Positions 52,181 through 61,290 of a stretch of DNA of 64,000 nucleotides are shown in pieces. The position numbers and the translations under genes were made by a program. Under the pieces are notes generated by a model, which was given only the letters and a program-made list of their open reading frames with translations, ran no database searches and was not told where the DNA came from. The stretch lies in contig NC_045138.2 in the NCBI RefSeq assembly GCF_008831285.2, positions 17,484,001 through 17,548,000 on the forward strand, in the 5' to 3' direction. This stretch comes from Nymphaea colorata. Its lineage: Eukaryota. Each line of letters begins with the position of its first letter. The first letter of the stretch is position 1.

Positions 52181-53593
52181 TTGGCCCTTGCCTTGCCTCC
52201 CAACCACCACCTCCTTATATGTTTTTTATATGTATTCAATTTCACAAACGATTCTGAACCGATTCACTGATTCATAAAATCATTTAGCTTTCAGATTCAA
52301 GATTTGATAACATAAGTAAAAAACAAGTGAACTGTTGTCTTCATCAAGTGTTTATAATAAAAATTAAACAAAGAAAAAGAATACAATCATATATAGAGAA
52401 AAATGGTAAGGAAGATTGTAAAATTTTGCCCTCATCAATGTAAAGGCAAGTGGGGCGGCACTTATAATGGAATGTTGACCATAATAATTAAATAATTGAA
52501 AAAAAATAAAATTATATAGGGAGGGAAAAGATAAGGAAGATTGGAGAATCATGTCCTTCCTTATCAGCCTAAAGATTATTTCAGGTAATTTGTTAATTTC
52601 TCACTTAAGAAATCAATGTAATTCTTATATATTGTTCTCGAGGGAGGGGGCTAGTAAGTGGTAAGTTTTGGTTTCAAACTTTTGTAGCATCAATTTTTTG
52701 TACTACAAAAATCACTAGGTACCTATGCAAGTTGAAGTATAGTGGTGGTGTTGTCCTACACACCAAAACTAGGCCATTCTGAACTCTAAGAAGATTAGAG
52801 AAGAGAGAAGGTTTGGGCTTCAGTAACATAACATAACATAGCTTTTTTAAACAATTTTAAGTGAAAAATGTTGTAATGAGCTTTTTTTAGTGGGTTGAAA
52901 GTTGTTTCTCAAATATGTTTTTGATTTGCTCTTTCGTTTTTAGTTTATCATTATTTTTTATTATCTTTTTCATAAAGTATTTATTCTTTCATGTCTTCTA
53001 TTTTTTATTTTTAATGCCCCAAATGCAAGAACCCAAGATATCAAACAAAAGCCCCTAAAATAAATAAAAAAAACTTTACCAGAAAGCAAGCAACCCAAAG
53101 TCCCTAAAATTACCAGAAATCTCCAAATTGAAACCCTTGAGCTCCTGTAAACTCGAAATTTCAGTCAATCACCAAGTCATCTCTGAGAATTGACCAGAAC
53201 GGGAGATGAAACAAGAAAGGAGGAATCCCCTAGAGAGAGAGAGAGAGAGAAGTGGTTATTAGCCTCTTATGACAGGGACAAGAAATGTGGATCTTTTCAA
53301 GGGTTTCCTGCAAATGGTTTCTGGAAATTACACCATCATAAACGATTTAGAGTCACAAGAAGAATAATAATCTGCTAAATTCTGTCATCCAGTTAGATTC
53401 TTAACCATGCTCATAAAGTTAGTTCAGAAGCAACATCAATTTTGAAAGGTTTTCTACTTTCAACTCTTCCAGTATTTCATCGCGGATCGATGATATTGAG
53501 AAAGGAAGAAAATGAAAAGAAAAGGTCACTGAAAAAATCTGAACCAATCAACAAAAACCAAGTTTTCCAAAATCAGATCATTTTGGGTCATTG

Positions 53594-54723
53594 TTTGCAT
53601 TCCAGAAGAGTAGTGCTCATGAGAATCAAATCGATGAGTGATTGTTTACATGCCAGCAAGCTCGACAAGGTTGGTCGGTGCAGATGAGATTTCAATTAGG
53701 TTTTCAGAAAAGAAGAAAAACATTTCCTGCATACTTACCTTCTCTTGGGATTAGTACATAACGACAGAATGTTCCTTAGACGTCATATAAACACAGGAGC
53801 ACCTCTGAAAGTTGGGTCTAAATGCAGGCTTTGCCATCATATCAACCTTGCATGCCTCGGTCTGTTTTGAAATCAGTTTGGTCTTCCTTGAGTGGCAGCT
53901 CTGATTTCAGCACTTTGCTTTTAGCAACTCTTGAAACGCAAACTTTTCCCAGGAAAATTGGTGAATTGATTTCCCACATCATGATCAATATTTTGATTCT
54001 TTTCCTAGCAGTAGATTCAGAAACTAAGATGCCAGATTTCCGCGGTAGATTCATCTGGACAATGGCATAAGCTATTCACACTAGCATGATCAATGTCATT
54101 TTGGGGTTGCAGTTGTCATGCTTAATGATTTTGCGAGTTTTCAATTGTATGCACCTAGATTCTGACTTAGTAGTGGCCGAGCCAGAAATTTTTGACTAAG
54201 AACAGAAATTTTCATTCCTTAAGGGGAACCGGTGCATACAAATTAGCGAATATCTAAAATGCAAACAAAAATTGTAGGACTGGTGTGGGCAACATGCAAT
54301 TCAGCGAATTGATTTTCCTAGGAAAAGTTTGCGTTTCAAGAGTTGCTAAAAGCAAAGTGCTGAAAATCAGAGCTGCTACTCAAGGAAGACCAAACTGATT
54401 TCAAGACAGACCAAGAAGGCCATGGGGCAGGTGCAGAATTGTTTCTCTTTCTAGTGACCTTGCATGATGACGGCAAAGCCTGAATTCAGCAACATTTGGA
54501 CCCAACTTTTAGAGGTGGTCCTGTGTTTGTATGACCTTTAAGGAACGTTTTTGTTATTATCTACTAATTCTTAAGGAGAAACTGCCATATTTGGTTTGCA
54601 ATTGCATGAGGTGCAGGACTTTCTCAGGAGAAGGTAAATAAGCAGGAAACGTTTTTCTTGTTTGTAGGAAACCCAACTGTCATCGGCTTGATTCTCGTAG
54701 GCACTACGACTCTAAACTGCAAA
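53594..54723. repeat. Inverted repeat C: moderately diverged arms about 53594-53980 and 54282-54723
   Basis: Core TTGAAATCAGTTTGGTCTTCCTTGAGTGGCAGCTCTGATTTCAGCACTTTGCTTTTAGCAACTCTTGAAACGCAAACTTTTCC is the near-exact reverse complement of about 54321-54404; outer parts align with gaps. Confidence 0.9.
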
Positions 54724-54934
54724 TGAAAGGCTCTCTCTCTCTCTCCCTCTCACCAAGTGATAGGTAGCGCAACTGGTGGGGTTGGGTGCGTGTTATAGCT
54801 ATGTTCTCATTTTGTTTCTTTGAGGGTGCTATCGTGATGGTATTGAGGAGTAATGTTGATCTTGAAATTAGATGTGACATATTAAGACCAAGTGCACCCG
54901 TTCTTGTCCTTCCCTCTCTCTCTCTCTCTCTGGA

Positions 54935-56604
54935 AAAAACAGCACACGATATTGGGGTTTGCTTTTAGTAAATGTTTGTTACTTGTTGGCCCTCGGCCGG
55001 TGCAGGTTTTGGAAAGTGGGCTCGGGGATTGGAATGAGGGTGTGAATTGATTGGAGGATAAGCAACAAGCGGTTCTGCCTTTCTTTGTAAGGTAAGGTAA
55101 GGGCTAAGGAGGAAGAGCCACTATGAATATGCTCCTTCTTCCTTCCCCTTTAGGGCCATTTCAAATTCACTTCCTCTTTCCTTGCATTCAATGGCAACTG
55201 TTGACCAGTTGCCCCCTTCTCTACTCTAGTTTATTTTGTCTCTCTTTGTTTGTTTGCTTTTTGCATTTTATTTTTAGCTCATTTGTCATAATCTTTGTTA
55301 TTGAATTTTTCATTTTATCGATTATATATGCATTTAATCGATAAAGCCCTTGCGGCCCCTTGGCTCCACTCCTGAGATATGGGGCTGTGACTATAGCACC
55401 CTTTAGTCAAAAAAATCTTGGCTCGGCCGCTGCTTGCGGTGTCTGGCTTAACACCTTGAGGGTGTTTGTTAAAAAGAATATTACGCTTTTAGAACATATG
55501 TTCCTATAACATGTGTATGGAGAATACAATGTAAAATCTATACTTCTTTGCGATCACAGTATGTTTCTTGGATAAAAAAACCTAATGTCCTTAAATCACG
55601 TATTTTATAAGAACATATGTTTCAGTAACATTATATTGTTCTTGGGAACGCCCTGTAAGGAACACTTGCCATACCGCTACCTTCCAAACAAGGAACTGAA
55701 ATATTAATATTTCCCCACTCAATTTAAATGGGAAAACATTTTAGGGAAGAAACTCAGATCAAAATCTCTCACACTTTTTGAGAAACATTTCACATCTCAA
55801 CGCCTCTTGAGGTTAAATACACTCAAAAGTTCAATGCCTAGTGAGTTTCTTAACCCCTTTTTAAAGTTGGGCCTAAATGTTGCTGAATGCAGGCTTTGCC
55901 GTCATCATGTTGCGTCAGTAAAGAGAATCTCTTCTGCATCTGCCCCATTGCCTTGGTTTGTCTTGAAATCAGTTTGGCTCTGCCTTGAGCGGCAGATCAA
56001 AACAACTCTCACATTAAGTTCCTTGAGTGGCAGCTCCTTTCTTGTTTCAGCTCCAAAACAACTTAATGTGAGAGTTACTAAAAGCAGAGTGGTGGAATAA
56101 GAGCTGCCACTCAAGGCAGAGCCAAACTGATTTCAAGACAAACCAAGGCAATGGGGCAGATGCAGAAGAGATTCTCTTTACTGACGCAACATGATGACGG
56201 CAAAGCCTGCATTCAGCAACATTTAGGCCCAACTTTAAAAAGGGGTTAAGAAACTCACTAGGCATTGAACTTTTGAGTGTATTTAACCTCAAGAGGCGTT
56301 GAGATGTGAAATGTTTCTCAAAAAGTGTGAGAGATTTTGATCTGAGTTTCTTCCCTAAAATGTTTTCCCATTTAAAGGGGAAGGAAGAGGGAGCATATTC
56401 ATAGTGGCTCCTCTTCCTTAGTCCTTACTTTACCTTACCAAGAAAGGCAGAACCAACTTGATCCTTATCCCCCAGTCAACCCCATTGTTGACGCCACATC
56501 CACATCCCGATTATCATATCCATAACGAGCCCACTTTCCAAAACCTGCGCAACAAGTAACAAGCATTTGCTAAAACCGAACCCCAAAATGGTGTGCTCTT
56601 TTTC
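54935..56604. repeat. Inverted repeat E: older outer arms about 54935-55152 and 56373-56604, enclosing repeat D
   Basis: GGCTAAGGAGGAAGAGCCACTATGAATATGCTCCTTCTTCCTTCCCCTTTA pairs with TAAAGGGGAAGGAAGAGGGAGCATATTCATAGTGGCTCCTCTTCCTTAGTC; GCAGGTTTTGGAAAGTGGGCTCG pairs with CGAGCCCACTTTCCAAAACCTGC. Confidence 0.9.
55723..56376. repeat. Inverted repeat D: perfect 267-bp arms (55723-55989 and 56110-56376) with a 120-bp structured spacer
   Basis: No mismatch found by eye; paired coordinates keep a constant sum (112099); the track shows identical mirrored ORF starts at 55807 (plus) and 56292 (minus). Confidence 0.95.
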
Positions 56605-56724
56605 TTCATGGCCAAAACCCATTCCAATGCCAATCACGCCCCTCAATTAAGAAAATGCTTTTTCTACGTCGTCACCGGATAACGTCAAACAAATGCATCA
56701 TCTTATGAAGTTACAAACTCTATT

Positions 56725-57070
56725 CTAAGTCACCAAACTCTTTTATTTTACTGCCACACCCGAGTCGCATCGAGTCGGGTGTGCACTGAACATGGGTGCG
56801 GCTCGGACTCACACTCGAGCTCAATTAGAATGTCATATTACTAAATTACTTATATAATATATGTTGTTCTAATATTTTTCTATGAAATACAATTATTCAA
56901 ATATGTTATATATATTAATAACTAAATTGTAATAATAACATATACATGCTTATTCTTTTATATATATAATAAATTAATAATAATAATAAAATATTCTAGC
57001 CGCACCGCCATACTTAAATTTTTTTGGATGTGCCGCTTCGGCGCCCGCACCTGGCACTCTGGTGACATAA
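56725..57070. mobile_element. Small non-autonomous hAT element
   Basis: Exact 8-bp TSD ACTCTATT (56717-56724, 57071-57078); TIRs CTAAGTCACCA and TGGTGACATAA, related to the 20647-21607 family. Confidence 0.8.
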
Positions 57071-58079
57071 ACTCTATTACTTTATAAGGCATGGAAATCA
57101 GAAAGGTTAATACCCTTTAAAACAATGTAGTCTCAATTACTCAATCTTCACAAACGAGTTAGAGAAGGCAATGTGGATTAACCAATTTTGACTTCAGCGC
57201 TACAAATCGAGGCAGAGTTTGGGTTTTCATTCAAGGAAAATCCCACTACCAAGCTTGGAGACAACTCTTTCTTGAACCCATTGCCATCCCCAGACCAGTC
57301 CCTTTCAAACACGAGACCCTTTACCCCGACTTTTGATACTCCATAAACCAAAGAATTTATCACCTAACCTGCCATTGAAGAGACGTAAGTTAAAACCCTT
57401 TGAATCCACTTAAGATGGAGCCCTAAGAGGACGTTTGATGGTGACAGGACATGCGGAACGGAACACGTGTGTCCTGTTTAGTCGATTTTTTTTATCAAAC
57501 ACTGTCCGCAGTAGTACAGGATGAACACGACATACAGTTGGACAGAGAGATATAAGTTATCTTGTGTTATATATTGTTGTGAACTAACCCTCATATCAGC
57601 ATGTAACAAAACACTCTAACTGCCCTCTCACTTTCGTTTAACTTTTAAAAGTAACATGCCATTCTAGTGGCGCTGAAACCACAACTTGTTAGCGGTCTGA
57701 ATGGGACTCACCCAAGCCCAAGTCCCTCTGCCACATGCAAGGACCCAAAGCAAGGTTTATAATTTATTAGTGGAAACCAACAACAGGCACTAGCTATAAA
57801 ATTTACAATTCTTAAAGGGCTCTCAGTATATAAATGAAGAAAGCTTTCTTTAAATATTAAATATAAAAAATAAGACTTTTTACAAGCATGTGTGGGCAAG
57901 TGACCACCTTGTGTATGAATCAACAAAAGGACGACCGAAGTTTTACAAATTGCCCACCAACTTTTCTTTTATAAAATGAAGCAAAAAATGAAGTACTTGC
58001 GTGGCATTTTGATACCCGAGAAAACTCGAGAGTAAGCCTCCTTTTGTTTTTTCTCTTTTTTCCTATACATGGAAATCTT

Positions 58080-61000
58080 CCTTCCGATGCTTTCTTTTAC
58101 ATAAATAAATAACTAAAATTTGAAACGGGGAATACTGATAAGAACATCTCTGCCCATGAAAATGCCACCACACATAGATATCTGAAAAAAAGCTTATAGG
58201 GTCGCAGAAGAATGTACTTCTCTTGCTAATTCAAGCAAAAACAATAGCGAAAGATGGGCATGTTAATTTCCTACAGATCAGAATCACAGATAATAGATGA
58301 GAACTGAATGAGAATGTAATTTTTTCGGACAAGAGATTGGTTTTCTTCACATATATGTGAGTAGGAGGACTCTTCTTGTGAAGCGTTGTTTCATTCTTTC
58401 TCTTGTCCTCCCTTCCTCCAAGTCAAGTGAAAAGGAAAGAATTGGTGAGCTTTGACAGTCCCGCTTCTGCCAGTATTTGAACTCTTGACCTCCCTTATCG
58501 AACAAAAAAAATAATTTTCCAATAGAAATACAGATATTGTGTAAATGGGTCCAGAGCAGGTTAGAAATGTAATTCAAAAAGCATATATATCTGCTCTGGT
58601 TCAAACTAGTTACAAAGATTCATTTTATATTTTTTTGCTCCTGAAAATGGACATCTTTCTAGAAAATCAAGCAGTCCAACGTTGGACTCAGACACGACTT
58701 TTCTGCATTTGTATTCAATTCGAGTTTGGACATACAAATATATGGAAAAACAAAGAATATATCTAATACGAATATGATCTATTGACATCCCATGAGTGCT
58801 AAAAAAAAGTTGCGATTTTGGAAAACTGTGTTTTTCAAGTAGTAGTACAACGTGATCAGTGTTGAAAGCGAGCAATATTGGCGGATTCTCTTATGCTAGG
58901 GAAAATAGAATGGCATTGTTTTCTATTATTTTCAATCCAATAGAGCTAATTATTTTAAATGTATAATCTAAATTAAACAATTTTCCGAATTTATTATTAA
59001 AAACTGACAGAAAGATGTCAAAAAACTAAAATTCGTATAATTTTTTAAGCAGCAATTAACATGCCTGGGCATTACCTCACTAGCTGCATATCATGGTGTC
59101 ACACTAAAATGCAGTACCATAGTGATATCACATAGTTCTTTGATTTCACTAGATTTTGCACCTTGCTTTTCAATTCTTCTAAGCTTTTAGGTTGTACTGT
59201 TTGGAAAACCAGGTTTAATGTCAGAAATCTAGCTTTTTAACAACTATCACTTAAATAAGCCTTAAATGTCATTATTTAGATGATGAAATTTTTGGCTTCT
59301 AAAAAGTTATTTCCTGATCACAGCTTATCCATTGCTCGTGATAATCACAAACTTATACCCATCAACGGCGATCAGCAACATACATGATACATAATTGCAT
59401 GCTTAATTGCCATAATCGTCATCACCATGAGATGGGCAGAGGTTCTCCGGAAACACACCATAATCCGACCCAGTTATGGAACCAGACATTTTTGGTTAAG
59501 AAACACTAATAGCTTTAAATAATTAAATCCCTGAGAGGTCATTTGATTGTTGTCCATTAAGACAGGACGTCATGTCCATTACACTACTGTCCTGTCTTCA
59601 TTAAGACGCAATCCATCCCTACAGTTCTATTTCGTAAAAAAGTGCAAAAAATCTATTTGAAAGTCAGGGCTACCCTTGTGTGCCATGTCATCATCTATTT
59701 TTTCATTTTCTAAATGTTTTTATATTTTAACGTTTAATAAAATTTTGTATGTTTTTCATTTTGTTAAAATTTTATTCAAATTCTGATTTTTTTATTAGTT
59801 ATATGGACAAGAGCCTACCTCACTTCATATACCCAATCATGTGAAAACAAATGGGCAATACGCTTCATGGAGTCTTCATCTTAGAAATTAATAACGAAAG
59901 AAAACATAAAATTATATATGGAGAAAAACGATGAAGACGATTGAATCAAAATCCCATCACCAATGTAGTAACCACTGTTTTTAAAATCGGTGAGAATCCG
60001 CCTGAATCGGCCAATTCGAATCAATTCGGTTTTTTACCCATTCGCTTCAAGGCCGATTCAACGCCCACAAAAAAAATTGGCGATTTTCGTAAGAATCGGC
60101 TGAAAATCGAGCGATTCTTCGAACCTTCCGATTCCGCAACCTTCTTTTAAAGGTCATCTGCTACAACCCGTTTCGTTTTAGGGTTATCTGATACAACCCA
60201 CCCTACCTTGTGCATGGACAAAAGGGGGACCAAAGTTTTACAAATTTCCCTAAACTTTATTTTTGTTATTAAAATGAGCCATATAGTAAGTTTTAATTCA
60301 TTTCGTTGGACCTTAAATAATAACTGATTCTTATTGCTAGTTAAAAAAAAATGTTGCCAGCAGGTGCAGAATCCCCATTAAAAAAGAGTTTATTGTGTTA
60401 TGTTAATTTTTTAAATTTTTTCTTCTTATTTGTGACTGATTTTGTAATTGTTTAATTTTTAAATTTAAATTACATTTTAATCAAATCTGATTTACAAACA
60501 ATTCAGAATCCGATTTGATTCACCGATTTATTAAGTCATTTAGCATTCTGATTCAAGACTTTGTTAACATTGGTAAAAATATGTGAACGGTAGTCTTCAT
60601 GGAGCATTTATTAACAGAAATTAAATAAATAAAAATAATAAAATTATATAAAAAAAAAATGATAAGGAAGATTGGAATATTTTGCACTCGTCAATGTAAA
60701 GCAAGTGGGCAGTACGTTTCATGGAATGCTGACCATAATGATTAAGTGATTGCTAAAAAAATAAAACTATATGTGAAGAAAAATGATAAGAAAGATTGGA
60801 AAATCCTTTCCTTCCTGATTTACCTAGAGATTACTTCAGGTAATTGGTACAGTTCTCTCTCTCTTGGAAATCCATCTACTTCCTGTATATTATTGTTCAT
60901 CTTCAGAGGGTTGCGAGCATTGGTGACAAAGTCGACAAGAATCGATCAGAATTCACTTGGGGTGGTTGGAATAGCCTCCTGCTTACCGGAATTCTCTTAA

Positions 61001-61290
61001 ATATGTTCTCAATTTGCTCCTTAGTTTGTAGATTTCATAAAGTATTTATTCATTTACGTTTTTCTGTTTTTGGTTTTCAATTTTTCATTTTCATTGCCCC
61101 AAAAGCTAGATCCCAAGATATCGAACAAAATGCCCACAGAAAAACAAACCCTTACCAGAAAGCAAGCAACCGTAAATCGCTAGATTTATCAGAACTCTCC
61201 AAAGTTGAAACCCTTGAGCTCCTGTAAACCCTGAAATTTCAGTCAATCATAGTCCGAACAGAGATCTCTCCTAGAGAGAGAGAGAGAGAG
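58080..61290 (+). repeat. Diverged second copy of the block at about 49200-53240 (local segmental duplication)
   Basis: Collinear matches: 49730/58240 (GCGAAAGATGG.CATGTT), 50060/58290 (ATAATAGATGAGAAC), 50240/58480 (TTGAACTCTTGACCTCCCTT), 50330/58545 (AAATGGGTCCAGA), 50500/59180 (AAGCTTTT.GGTTG.ACTGTTTGGAAAAC), 52400-52590/60650-60845, 53130/61205 (TTGAAACCCTTGAGCTCCTGTAAAC). Confidence 0.85.
59973..60571. mobile_element. Degenerate hAT-like non-autonomous element with GAATCGG/CCGATTC subterminal repeats
   Basis: Left end CACTGTTTTTAAAATCGG, right end ...GTTAACATTG; TSD not clear. A related internal piece recurs at about 63080-63240. Confidence 0.5.

Larger units (their letters stand above)
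51200..52211. repeat. Inverted repeat B: arms about 455 bp (about 51200-51657 and 51744-52211), spacer about 85 bp
   Basis: Arms differ by about a dozen substitutions and two small indels by eye; mirrored ORF pairs in the track (51164..51424 minus vs 51985..52257 plus). Confidence 0.95.

Noticed and set aside
51341..52245. Other mirrored ORFs in repeat B (MGGNIRRN..., MLLTEVEG...)
   Set aside because: Antisense or alternative frames of the U-box fragment and its upstream region.
55807..56292. Two identical mirrored ORFs (MRLNTLKSS...)
   Set aside because: A by-product of the perfect palindrome; TTG starts and no recognisable protein.
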